From Thermodesulfobacteriota bacterium (GTDB taxonomy: Bacteria; Desulfobacterota; Desulfobulbia; Desulfobulbales; SURF-16), in contig JBDLIE010000004.1 of the NCBI GenBank assembly GCA_039715015.1, positions 32,001-96,000 on the forward strand: a stretch of 64,000 nucleotides of DNA, given 5' to 3'. The notes under the pieces are model-generated. The model saw nothing but the letters and a program-made list of their open reading frames with translations. It did not search any database and had not been told where the DNA came from. The translations under genes and the position numbers were made by a program. Of the stretch, positions 20,905 to 30,078 are shown one piece after another; positions within the stretch are counted from its first letter, which is position 1; each line of letters starts with the position of its first letter.

Positions 20905-21241
20905 CCATGGGACTTACATCTCAGGAAAAGAAACGGAATGGATCGTCGAGTTCCTCAAAAATCAGGGTAGTGTCACCTATAATGAGGAGATCATTAAGTC
21001 AGTGGAGGATGAGCCCGGTATCGCCGGTCTTGATGGTGAGGAGTATGACGAGAAGTATGATGAGGCCGTGTCCATAGTCTGCGAGACCGGCCAGGCATCT
21101 ATCTCGGCTGTTCAGCGGCGGCTGCGCATCGGCTATAATAGGGCGGCCCGGATCATTGAAACCATGGAGAGAGAAGGCATTGTCGGCCCGGCCGATGGCG
21201 CCAAGCCCAGAGAAATCCTGGCCCGCCGCGAATACTCCTGA
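20905..21241 (+). pseudogene. Second, diverged copy of the ftsK 3' end (end of motor, linker, gamma domain)
   Basis: Aligns codon for codon with 17449-17788; mostly synonymous changes plus A>T, E>G, R>W, D>N near its 5' end; different C-terminus (REYS vs RSYDE). Confidence 0.9.
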
Positions 21242-21248
21242 TTGGCCC

Positions 21249-21399
21249 GTAACTGTTCAGTAGCACCTCATCTTTGCCCATTTTGGACTTCTCACATACC
21301 AAAGTATGCTTCGAAATCCAAAATGAACAAATCTAAGGCACTTCTGAACAGTTACAGTTCGGAGTTGAGGGTAATTTCTAGCCATCACTGAATAGTTAC
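21249..21399. repeat. MITE/REPIN-like 107 bp imperfect palindrome plus an extra end copy
   Basis: GTAACTGTTCAG (21249-21260) and CTGAACAGTTAC (21344-21355); inner arms CATTTTGGA/TCCAAAATG and CATAC/GTATG; CTGAATAGTTAC at 21388-21399. Confidence 0.7.
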
Positions 21400-21448
21400 A
21401 TTGTCACGGTGATTTTTCCCTTGCCTAATGGAGGAAAGAGAAATATGA

Positions 21449-21475
21449 GTAATACTCTTTTTTTAAAGGTGCTAC
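21449..21475 (+). promoter_or_regulatory. Putative NikR operator upstream of nikR
   Basis: GTAATAC-N13-GTGCTAC, same spacing as the site upstream of nikM/cbiM. Confidence 0.7.
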
Positions 21476-21479
21476 GGTC

Positions 21480-21890
21480 ATGCTGAAACGATTTTCCATT
21501 TCCCTGGAGGAGGATCTCCTCGAAGATTTTGACGAGTTCATCAAGCAGCGGAGCTACGAGAACCGTTCTGAGGCCATTCGTGATCTGATTCGCAGCTCTT
21601 TTGTTAAGGACGAATGGGAGGCGGATAAGGATGTTATGGGGGTGATTACCCTGGTCTATGACCATCATCAGCCTAACCTCCAGGAAAAGGTCACGGAACT
21701 GCAGCATGATTATCACCAGCAGATTGTTTCCACCACCCATGTCCATATGGACCACCATAACTGCCTGGAGGTAATCATTGTCCGGGGCAAGGCTGCGGCG
21801 GTAAAAGAGCTGGCCAATAATCTTAGCTCTCTGCGTGGTGTGCGTGACGGCAAGCTGGCCATGAGTTCCACGGGCAAGCATCTCCATTAG
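21480..21890 (+). CDS. nikR: Nickel-responsive regulator NikR
   Basis: RFSISL..NRSEAIRDLIR ribbon-helix-helix; YDHH, HVHMDHHNCLE. Confidence 0.96.
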   Translation: MLKRFSISLEEDLLEDFDEFIKQRSYENRSEAIRDLIRSSFVKDEWEADKDVMGVITLVYDHHQPNLQEKVTELQHDYHQQIVSTTHVHMDHHNCLEVIIVRGKAAAVKELANNLSSLRGVRDGKLAMSSTGKHLH

Positions 21891-21962
21891 GAACTCCGGT
21901 TCCTATTAACAGTTATCTTTTTTAAGCAACGGTTCCTTGGGGGCCTTTTTTTTAATCGTGCG

Positions 21963-21989
21963 GTAATACATAAAGATCTTATGTGTTAC
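21963..21989 (+). promoter_or_regulatory. Putative NikR operator upstream of nikM/cbiM
   Basis: GTAATAC-N13-GTGTTAC near-perfect palindrome. Confidence 0.72.
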
Positions 21990-22007
21990 TCGTGTTTAGG
22001 GTAAATT

Positions 22008-22613
22008 ATGCATCTTGCAGAGGGCATTCTCTCTGGTCCCATACTTCTTGGTGGCGGCGTTCTTGCTGTTGCTGGGACAGCTATTGGTCTTAAGAAGATC
22101 GACCAGGAACGGATCATGACCACAGCGCTGCTCTCTGCTGCTTTTTTTGTGGCATCGCTGGTCCATGTCCCCATCGGCCCGGGCAGTATCCATCTCCTCT
22201 TAAACGGATTAATGGCTCTCCTCCTTGGCTGGGGTTGTTTCCCTGCCATTTTGGTGGCTCTTTTACTCCAGGCCATTTTTTTTCAGTTCGGTGGCTTTAC
22301 TGTTCTTGGGATTAATGTCGTTATTATTGCCGGTTCCGCTTTGGCTGGTTCCCTTTTTTTTCGAAAATGGCTGGCTGCTCCAGCAAAAAGGCAGGTGGCT
22401 GGTTTTCTGGCCGGTTTTTTATCCGTGGCCTTCGCCGCCTTGGCGATGGCCTTGGCCTTAGCAACCAGTGATCAGAATTTTCTGGCCGCAGCCCAGGTGG
22501 TTTTTGTTGCTCACCTGCCGGTAATGGCGGTGGAAGGGGTGATCACCATGATCGTTGTCAGTTTCCTGGCAAGGGTCGAGCCGGAGATCCTGGGAATTGG
22601 CCGTCAAAAATAA
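22008..22613 (+). CDS. cbiM: Ni/Co ECF transporter S component (NikM/CbiM)
   Basis: MHLAEGIL metal-binding N-terminus, SIHLLLNG, LQAIFFQFGG. Confidence 0.9.
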   Translation: MHLAEGILSGPILLGGGVLAVAGTAIGLKKIDQERIMTTALLSAAFFVASLVHVPIGPGSIHLLLNGLMALLLGWGCFPAILVALLLQAIFFQFGGFTVLGINVVIIAGSALAGSLFFRKWLAAPAKRQVAGFLAGFLSVAFAALAMALALATSDQNFLAAAQVVFVAHLPVMAVEGVITMIVVSFLARVEPEILGIGRQK

Positions 22614-22626
22614 ATCCGGAGTAGCT

Positions 22627-23244
22627 ATGAAACGAGATTTGCTGAATATATGCCAGCTGCTGGGGCAAAGAATAGCTGAGGTGACATCTGCCCTTATTCT
22701 CCTTATTCTTGTTGCCTCGCCTGCTTATGCCCACAAGGTGCATATCTTTGCCTATGTTGATGGTGATTTGATAAAGACAGAGAGCCGCTTTAACGGTGGG
22801 CGTCCGGCCCGCAGCTGCGCTATTACTGTTCACACTCTCTCTGGGCAGGATATTGCCGCCAGTGGTACAAGTGATGATAAGGGCCTTTTTCAATTTCCAG
22901 TGGCTGAACTGACTGGCGACCTAGATATCATCATTACCTGCGGTGATGGGCACCGGGGATCATGGCATCTTGAGGAAGATGACTATCTCTTGGCTGGGGC
23001 AGAACCCGTTACCCATGTCCATGCCGAATTGCCAGCAGTTGTTGCCCAGAGTGAGGATACTGATGATGATTTGCTGAGGAAAATTATTGCGGAGGAGGTG
23101 GAGAAGAAACTTGCTCCCCTGCGTCGTGAGCTGACCCGGCTTGCTGAGCGGCGAACAAGCCTGCAAGATATTCTTGGCGGTATCGGCTACCTCTTTGGCC
23201 TAGCCGGTCTTGCTGCCTATATGAAGTATAAGAAATCAACGTAG
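22627..23244 (+). CDS. NikL/CbiL-like accessory component (signal peptide, C-terminal TM)
   Basis: AYA|HKVHIFAYVDG, GDGHRG, DILGGIGYLFGLAG; lies between M and Q components. Confidence 0.75.
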   Translation: MKRDLLNICQLLGQRIAEVTSALILLILVASPAYAHKVHIFAYVDGDLIKTESRFNGGRPARSCAITVHTLSGQDIAASGTSDDKGLFQFPVAELTGDLDIIITCGDGHRGSWHLEEDDYLLAGAEPVTHVHAELPAVVAQSEDTDDDLLRKIIAEEVEKKLAPLRRELTRLAERRTSLQDILGGIGYLFGLAGLAAYMKYKKST

Positions 23245-23283
23245 TGTTTATTCCTACTCTTTTTTAGACGGTACCATTTTCCC

Positions 23284-24051
23284 ATGAACCTTGAATGTTT
23301 CAGCGCAGGCGCTTCAATCTTACATCGGGTGGACGTACGCCTTAAGTTGATCAGCGCCTTTTTTTTCAGTGTTGTGGTGGCCCTCTGTCACTCCTTGCGG
23401 GCACCCCTGATCGCTTTGCTGGTAGCCGCTGTGTTCGTTTTTGTAGCTCGTCTTCCTATGTTAAAGGTAGTCAGGCGTCTTTTTATGGTGAACCTGTTTA
23501 CCCTCCTTTTCTGGCTGACCTTACCTCTTACTGTTCCGGGTGAACTCCTTATCAAGCTGGGGCCTCTTGTCATCAGCAGGCCGGGGGTCGATCTCGCTGG
23601 ACTTATTACCTTGAAGACGAATGCCATTGTCCTGGCCTTCCTCGCCCTGGTCGCAACTTCGGGTGTAGCTGATATCGGCCATGCTCTTGCCTCTCTGAAG
23701 CTGCCCAATCGTTTCTGCATGCTGCTGCTTTTTACCTATCGATATATCTTTGTACTCCAGCAAGAGTACCAACGCTTGCGACGGGCCGCCCTCTTGCGCG
23801 GATTCAAACCGATGACCTCCATGCATACCTATCAAACCTATGGCAATCTCTTAGGGATGACCTTGGTGAAGAGTTGGCAAAGGGGGATTCGGGTACAGCA
23901 GGCCATGGTGCTTCGCGGTTTCCAGGGGAAATTTTATACCCTCGAGAGTCGGAGCCCTATGGCTGCAGACTGGTCTCTTTTTGCCCTGATTTTCCTTGTT
24001 GCTGTGGGCATTGCTTTAATGGAGTCTCTCAGTACTGCCGGAGGCTGGTGA
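23284..24051 (+). CDS. cbiQ: Ni/Co ECF transporter T component (NikQ/CbiQ)
   Basis: LHRVDVRLKL, FTYRYIFVL, LRGF, AMVLRGF. Confidence 0.92.
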   Translation: MNLECFSAGASILHRVDVRLKLISAFFFSVVVALCHSLRAPLIALLVAAVFVFVARLPMLKVVRRLFMVNLFTLLFWLTLPLTVPGELLIKLGPLVISRPGVDLAGLITLKTNAIVLAFLALVATSGVADIGHALASLKLPNRFCMLLLFTYRYIFVLQQEYQRLRRAALLRGFKPMTSMHTYQTYGNLLGMTLVKSWQRGIRVQQAMVLRGFQGKFYTLESRSPMAADWSLFALIFLVAVGIALMESLSTAGGW

Positions 24052-24767
24052 TGACCACGGTGGTTCTAGATGATATTTCCTTTCGTCATAATGGCGGAAG
24101 CCAGCTTTTCCATCACCTGAACCTTACCATAGGCTCCGAGCGTGTTGGCTTTATTGGCCCCAATGGCAGCGGCAAAACCACACTTTTTCATATCATTATG
24201 GGGTTGCTGAAACCGGATGGCGGCAAGGTTGTTTTGGATGGCAAGGTTGTCGCAGACGCAAAAGCGTGGCGACAACTTCGGCGGCAGGTTGGCTTTCTTT
24301 TTCAGGACGCTGACGATCAGCTTTTTTCTCCCACCGTGCTTGAGGATGTGGCCTTTGGTCCCCTGAATATGGGATCCTCTGGTCCAGAGGCGAGTAAAAA
24401 GGCCATTGCCACCTTGGCCAGTCTGGGGTTAGCTGATTTTGAAAATAGGATTACCCATCAGCTTTCTGGCGGGGAAAAGAAATTAGTGGCCTTGGCAACT
24501 ATACTCGTTATGGCGCCGGACATTCTCCTCCTTGATGAACCGACAAATAACCTTGACCCAGCCACCAGAGAACGTCTGGTGGCCATACTTGATAATCTCA
24601 ACCTGCCCATGGTAATAATCTCCCATGATTTTGACTTCCTCTCCAAGACCACGGATATCATTTATAGTCTAGAGCATGGCCACCTCCACAAGTCAGAGTC
24701 CATCCACCTTCATTCGCATCCACATGCCCATGTCTATGGCGACCATCCCCACGATCATGGTGGTTGA
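24051..24767 (+). CDS. cbiO: Ni/Co ECF transporter ATPase (NikO/CbiO) with His-rich tail
   Basis: GPNGSGKTT, FQDADDQLF, LSGGEKK, LLDEP; C-terminus HLHSHPHAHVYGDHPHDH. Confidence 0.92.
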   Translation: MTTVVLDDISFRHNGGSQLFHHLNLTIGSERVGFIGPNGSGKTTLFHIIMGLLKPDGGKVVLDGKVVADAKAWRQLRRQVGFLFQDADDQLFSPTVLEDVAFGPLNMGSSGPEASKKAIATLASLGLADFENRITHQLSGGEKKLVALATILVMAPDILLLDEPTNNLDPATRERLVAILDNLNLPMVIISHDFDFLSKTTDIIYSLEHGHLHKSESIHLHSHPHAHVYGDHPHDHGG

Positions 24768-24770
24768 ATA

Positions 24771-25553
24771 ATGGTCTTTGCTCTGGATGAAATAGATCTT
24801 AGCTCGGACGGCCATGTGCACACCAAGCTCTGCCATCATGCCGAAGGAGAGATGGAGGAGTATGTCCAAGCAGCCCTGGCCTGCGGCCTTGAAGAGATTA
24901 TTTTTTTGGAGCATTTTGAGGCAGGGATCAACTATATGGAGGCCACCTGGCTTACAGACGATGATTTTCGTTTCTACCACACGGAATGGCAGCGATTGGC
25001 CCAAAAATATGGGGGCCAGATACGTGTTGGTGGGGGGGTAGAAGTCGGACTGAACCCAAAGAGGCTGGCCGAGATAGCGGATTTTATCAATTCATACCAA
25101 TGGGCCAGAGTAGGGCTTTCCTATCATTATTTTGAAAGTGATGGCGAGCACGTTAATATGCTGAGTCGCAAACAGGAAAATATCCAGCGTTTCGACTGCC
25201 TGGGCCATGAGCGCGTTCTCACCCAATACTTTACTGATCTCCTTGCTGCCCTTGAAGAGATCGAGGTGGATGTGGTTTGCCATATTGACGCCGCCCTCCG
25301 CTACTGTCATGGCGTGGAGTTTGTCACGGAGCACTGGTATCTCATTGATGAAATTCTTGCTGAGATGGCCAAGAAAAAGATTGCCCTGGAGGTTAATACC
25401 TCAGGTTTTGCCGTGCGTGGCGAGCCGTTCCCCGGCGCCGCGATAATTGATCGGGCCCGGCGCTTCGGGCTGAAGTTTGTCGCAGGCTCTGATGCCCATC
25501 GTCCCCAAGATGTCGGGCGCTATTTCGATCGCTTGAGAAAAGGGTTGGACTAG
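24771..25553 (+). CDS. PHP-family histidinol phosphatase (HisJ/HisK-like)
   Basis: DGHVHTKLCHHAEG, LEH, LEVNTSG, GSDAH. Confidence 0.8.
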   Translation: MVFALDEIDLSSDGHVHTKLCHHAEGEMEEYVQAALACGLEEIIFLEHFEAGINYMEATWLTDDDFRFYHTEWQRLAQKYGGQIRVGGGVEVGLNPKRLAEIADFINSYQWARVGLSYHYFESDGEHVNMLSRKQENIQRFDCLGHERVLTQYFTDLLAALEEIEVDVVCHIDAALRYCHGVEFVTEHWYLIDEILAEMAKKKIALEVNTSGFAVRGEPFPGAAIIDRARRFGLKFVAGSDAHRPQDVGRYFDRLRKGLD

Positions 25554-25670
25554 AGGTTCCTGGGGGCGCATAAAAAAGCCAGGTAACAGAATCTGTCACC
25601 TGGCGGTCAGTACTTTGAAAAAATGGTAAAAAGAAGGAGGGTGAGAAGAAGCCCTCCTTCAGGCCTGGAT

Positions 25671-26063
25671 CTAGTTGAGGGTGATCACCAGGGGAATCTG
25701 GTGGAGGCTTTTGGAGGTGGAACGGGTGGAACGCAGGCTCCAAGCCGTGGCCTCATAGTGGTCACCTAAGATTCCGTCCACCTCTTTGACCACTCCGTTG
25801 ATATTGATAATGGGATGGCGGGAAAAGACCTCTGGCAGACCATAGGTCAGGTTGCAAGCCAGGCAGCAGCCAGGCCGTTCAAGAAGGTTGAGCTCAAAAT
25901 GAAGTTCCTTGGCGCTTTGGTCAAAACCGGCAAATTTTAATTCAATATCATAGGATCCTTCACTGGCATCACCAAAGAGGGCATCGAAAAAGGCGTCAGC
26001 CCTATCGGCGGGAAAGATTTTTTTGCATACGTCATCGGTAAAAAGTGTCTGCATGTCTGCCAT
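25671..26063 (-). CDS. Conserved hypothetical protein with CCLAC motif (start ATG 26063)
   Basis: Clean ORF, GGAG RBS; FFDALFGDASEGSYDI, RPGCCLACNLTYGLP. Confidence 0.7.
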   Translation of the reverse strand: MADMQTLFTDDVCKKIFPADRADAFFDALFGDASEGSYDIELKFAGFDQSAKELHFELNLLERPGCCLACNLTYGLPEVFSRHPIININGVVKEVDGILGDHYEATAWSLRSTRSTSKSLHQIPLVITLN

Positions 26064-26339
26064 GGGGTGTTCTCCGTCTATCTCTGTAAATTCCCATAAG
26101 GCGGGAAGGTATTTTTTTGCTGTGGAATGATGGCCGCCGTGAAAGAAGACGACTCCAAACAAGAGAAATTACACTACCCTGCCTGCCCTATGGGGTCAAT
26201 AGAAATCAGGCTCCAGCTCTTGCCGGGATGCATCTCTGTTCTTCAAAAAAAACGAGGCCTATGGTAAGGTGCGGCCATGCGTCAACCATCTCTTTTCCCT
26301 CAGAAAGCCAGTCTCCAGAAAACCGGCAAGTCGACAAGT

Positions 26340-28460
26340 ATGGCCGGCCTCAACCCTTCTCAACTTGAGGCTGTTACCACCACCCAAGGCCCGGTTCTTG
26401 TCATTGCCGGGGCCGGTAGTGGCAAGACCCGCACACTTGTGCACCGTATGGCCTACCTGGTGGAACAGGGGGTGGCTCCTGAGTCCATCTTGCTCCTGAC
26501 TTTTACCCGCAAGGCCGCCCAGGAGATGCTGGGCCGGGCCGCGGTTCTCATGAATGATTCCTGCCAGGGCGTCATGGGCGGTACCTTCCACGGTGTGGCC
26601 AACCTTCTTCTCCGTCGTTACGGGCGCTATATCGGCTACCCAGCCAATTTTACCATTCTGGACCGGGGTGATTCTGAGGGCATTATTAATCTGCTTAAAT
26701 CTTCCTTGGGCCTCAGCGGTGCTGGCCGGCGTTTTCCGTCAAAACGGGTGATCATTAATATGATCAGCGGCGCGGTGAACAAAAATATCGATTTTGACGA
26801 GTACCTGGAGGAGCGCTATTTTCACCTCCTTGAGTTCAGCTCTGATGTCAAGACCATCCGGGAGCATTATCATAATTTTAAGCAGGACCATGCCCTGATG
26901 GATTACGATGACCTGCTTGTCAAATTCCGTGATCTTTTGCGTGACCATCCCGAGGTGCTAGAGGAGGTCGCAAGCCGTTTTCATTATGTGATGGTGGATG
27001 AGTATCAGGACACCAACCGTATCCAGGCAGAGATTGTTTCCCTGATCAGCAGCAGCCATAATAACGTTATGGTGGTGGGTGACGATGCCCAGTCCATCTA
27101 TAGCTTCCGTGGCGCTGATTTTAAGAATATCATGGAGTTTCCTGATCTTTTTCCCGGCACCAAGATTGTCCGCCTGGAGGAAAACTACCGTTCGGCGCAG
27201 CCCATCTTAGAGGCCACTAATGCCATTATTGCCCAGGCCGCTGAGAAGTATGCCAAAACTCTTTTTTCCAATATTCCCGGCACGGAAAAACCTTATCTGT
27301 TTCGTGCCCGGGATGAGCAGGAACAGGCCCGTTATCTTGTTGAGAAGATAGAGAGTTTTCAAAAGGAAGGGGTGTCTCTTAATGAGATGGCCGTTCTGTT
27401 TAGATCTGGTTTCCACTCCTACAAGTTAGAGCTGGAGCTTGCCAACCGCCAAATTCCTTTTGAGAAAAGGGGCGGCATGAAGCTCACCGAATCGGCCCAC
27501 ATCAAGGATGTCCTGGCCTATTTGCGGATTATCTGCAACCCGGCAGATCATCTGTCCTGGAACAGGATTCTCCTGCAGATTGAAAAGGTGGGGCCAAAGA
27601 CTGCCGAGAAGATGCTTGCCGCTGTCCGTGCTGCCGGCAGTCCCCTGCAAGCTCTAGAGATGTATAAGGCCGGTAAGAGCTGGCAGCAGGGCTTGGAGAG
27701 GCTGGTGGATTTCCTCCGCAGTCTCGCCAGGCTGGATCGGCCCGGGGCTCAGCTTGAGCATGTTTTGAGCTATTATCAGCCGATCTTTGAACGTATCTAT
27801 CACGATGATTATCCGAGCCGTAGCCGGGATTTGGATCAGCTCTCCGAGCTGTTGACTGGCTATGAAGCCCTTCAGGATTTTATTGATGATACGGCCCTTG
27901 ATCCTCCTGAAGAATCACGTTTGAAAGATGGCGGCGCTGACCGGCTTGTTCTCTCCACCGTTCATTCTGCCAAAGGTCTGGAGTGGAAAAAGGTCTTTAT
28001 CCTTAATCTGGTGGAGGGGAAATTCCCCTCGGGCCAGGCCCAGCTCCCAGAAGAACGTGAGGAGGAACGTCGCCTGCTCTATGTAGCTGCTACCCGGGCC
28101 CAGGAACATCTCTTTCTTATTGCGCCTCGACTCACTGCCGGGCCTGATCGTATGCCGCAATCAGCCATGGTCAGTGAGTTTGTCTCTGAGTTGCCATCCG
28201 GCCTTTTGGCCGGGCCCGCCATGGGGCAAGCCATGCCATCCTTTTCATCGCCCCCGGTTTTGAGCACGGAAACCGAGAGTGGTCCAGGAAGCGACACCCT
28301 TACCATCGATGAGTTTGCAACGGGCCGGGGGGTCCGCCATAATTTCTTCGGCGAGGGCAAGGTTATAAAGGTATGTCCTCCCAAGACAGTGGAGATTTTC
28401 TTTCCCCGCCATGGTCTGAAAAAATTACATCTTGATTATGCCAAATTGGAAGTTTTATAA
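26340..28460 (+). CDS. UvrD/PcrA/Rep-family ATP-dependent helicase
   Basis: AGAGSGKT, VDEYQDTN, VGDDAQSIY, ENYRS, STVHSAKGLEW, EERRLLYVAATRA. Confidence 0.93.
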   Translation: MAGLNPSQLEAVTTTQGPVLVIAGAGSGKTRTLVHRMAYLVEQGVAPESILLLTFTRKAAQEMLGRAAVLMNDSCQGVMGGTFHGVANLLLRRYGRYIGYPANFTILDRGDSEGIINLLKSSLGLSGAGRRFPSKRVIINMISGAVNKNIDFDEYLEERYFHLLEFSSDVKTIREHYHNFKQDHALMDYDDLLVKFRDLLRDHPEVLEEVASRFHYVMVDEYQDTNRIQAEIVSLISSSHNNVMVVGDDAQSIYSFRGADFKNIMEFPDLFPGTKIVRLEENYRSAQPILEATNAIIAQAAEKYAKTLFSNIPGTEKPYLFRARDEQEQARYLVEKIESFQKEGVSLNEMAVLFRSGFHSYKLELELANRQIPFEKRGGMKLTESAHIKDVLAYLRIICNPADHLSWNRILLQIEKVGPKTAEKMLAAVRAAGSPLQALEMYKAGKSWQQGLERLVDFLRSLARLDRPGAQLEHVLSYYQPIFERIYHDDYPSRSRDLDQLSELLTGYEALQDFIDDTALDPPEESRLKDGGADRLVLSTVHSAKGLEWKKVFILNLVEGKFPSGQAQLPEEREEERRLLYVAATRAQEHLFLIAPRLTAGPDRMPQSAMVSEFVSELPSGLLAGPAMGQAMPSFSSPPVLSTETESGPGSDTLTIDEFATGRGVRHNFFGEGKVIKVCPPKTVEIFFPRHGLKKLHLDYAKLEVL

Positions 28461-28495
28461 GGGGCGCCTTTCACATTTTCCTTGGAGGTGCAGTG

Positions 28496-28669
28496 ATGAA
28501 AGAAGAGCGCAAGAATTTTCTGAGCATCCTTACGGTTGTGGCCCTTATCGTGGTGGCTTATATTCTCAGCGGCATTTTTATGAAACCGGAACCAGGTAAG
28601 CCGGGTAATGAGCTGCGGCCGCCAGTGAATCGGATTGAAAAGATTAGAGAAGGATTTGTAGAGAAATAA
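28496..28669 (+). CDS. 57-aa single-TM small protein (below ORF-track cutoff)
   Basis: GGAGG RBS; MKEERKNFLSILTVVALIVVAYILSGIFMKPEPGKPGNELRPPVNRIEKIREGFVEK. Confidence 0.65.
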   Translation: MKEERKNFLSILTVVALIVVAYILSGIFMKPEPGKPGNELRPPVNRIEKIREGFVEK

Positions 28670-28764
28670 GATCTCTGCTTTGATCCTAAACTCCTTAAAA
28701 AAAATCTACTTGAAATGCCCATATTGATGAATTGCATACTTGCCCACGGAGAGGCCCACCCTTG

Positions 28765-30078
28765 ATGGACTATCAACAGGCCTGGGCCTATCTCGACAAT
28801 CTCCAATTTTTTAAGATCAAGCTTGGCCTGGACTCCATGTCTGAGTTCCTAGGGCGGGTGGGTAATCCTCAGGACAAGCTGCAATGTATCCATGTGGGCG
28901 GCACCAATGGCAAAGGTTCGGTCGCCATGAACCTGCTTACCCTGTTAAAGGCAGGGGGCTACAGGGTAGGTCTCTACACCTCTCCTCATCTGAGTTCGGT
29001 TCGGGAACGTTTCCGGATTAATGACGATTATATTTCAGAGGAGGATTTTGCCGCCATTGCCACAGAGATTGCCACTGTTCTTGGCGACAGTCAGATCACC
29101 TATTTTGAATTCACCACAGCCTTGGCCCTTCTGTGGTTTGCCAACCAGAAAGTTGACCTCGTTATTCTTGAGGTGGGGCTTGGTGGCCGTCTTGATGCGA
29201 CGAATGTTGTCAAACCGCTGGTCTCGGTAATTACCAATGTCTCCATGGACCATGAGGCCTATCTGGGCACGACCTTGTCGGAGGTTGCCTTTGAAAAGGC
29301 CGGCATTATTAAGCCCGGAGCATCGGTGGTGAGCGGCGTTGATCAAGATGTCAGTAGGGAGGTTGTTACGGCCCGTTGTGCTGAGATGGGGGCAGAGCTT
29401 TGGATATTCGGCCGGGAATTTAGCCATGAAGATAATGGTGATGGGAGCTGGACCTATCAAGGTGTCAGTAAAAAGATATCCGGCCTCAAATGTGGGATGC
29501 GCGGCGATTACCAGCGCGATAATTCATCCCTGGCCCTGGCTGTGTGTGAGCTTCTTGAGGGCAAAGGCTGGCCCCTTGGCGACAACGTTGTCCGGGCCCA
29601 GCTCAGCAAGGTTTATTGGCCTGGTCGCCTGGAGTATTTTTGTTTGGATGAGGAGGGGCGGCGGCTGAACGAGGAGACGCTGACAGCACGTGGCAGAAAA
29701 TATTTGCTTGATGGCGCCCATAACCCTGCGGGGATGGAGAGTTTGTGCACCAGCCTGCGCAATGAATTTTCCTATAAACGCCTGATTTGTGTCTGGGCTG
29801 CCATGGCGGATAAGGATCTTGGCACCACCCTGGCTGCTATCTCCCCCTTTTGCGACATCATCATCTTTACCCGGCCTGAATCGGAGCGCTCTGCCACTCT
29901 GGAGCAATTACGTGGGGCCTTGGAGGATTTTGACGGCGAGATTTTTGAAGAGCCGCAGGTAGAGGGGGCCTTGCAGAGTGCTCAGGATCTGGCAGAGTGC
30001 GAGGATCTCATCCTGGTTGCCGGTTCCCTTTATCTGGTGGGAGCGGCCCGCAGTCAGCTGCTTGGGGAGATTGTCTGA
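28765..30078 (+). CDS. folC: Folylpolyglutamate synthase/dihydrofolate synthase
   Basis: HVGGTNGKGS, YTSPHL, EVGLGGRLDATN, WPGRLE, LDGAHNP. Confidence 0.95.
   Translation: MDYQQAWAYLDNLQFFKIKLGLDSMSEFLGRVGNPQDKLQCIHVGGTNGKGSVAMNLLTLLKAGGYRVGLYTSPHLSSVRERFRINDDYISEEDFAAIATEIATVLGDSQITYFEFTTALALLWFANQKVDLVILEVGLGGRLDATNVVKPLVSVITNVSMDHEAYLGTTLSEVAFEKAGIIKPGASVVSGVDQDVSREVVTARCAEMGAELWIFGREFSHEDNGDGSWTYQGVSKKISGLKCGMRGDYQRDNSSLALAVCELLEGKGWPLGDNVVRAQLSKVYWPGRLEYFCLDEEGRRLNEETLTARGRKYLLDGAHNPAGMESLCTSLRNEFSYKRLICVWAAMADKDLGTTLAAISPFCDIIIFTRPESERSATLEQLRGALEDFDGEIFEEPQVEGALQSAQDLAECEDLILVAGSLYLVGAARSQLLGEIV

Noticed and set aside
21891..22007. Cobalamin riboswitch before cbiM
   Set aside because: Only 117 bp and no B12 box; a NikR-type palindrome is present instead.
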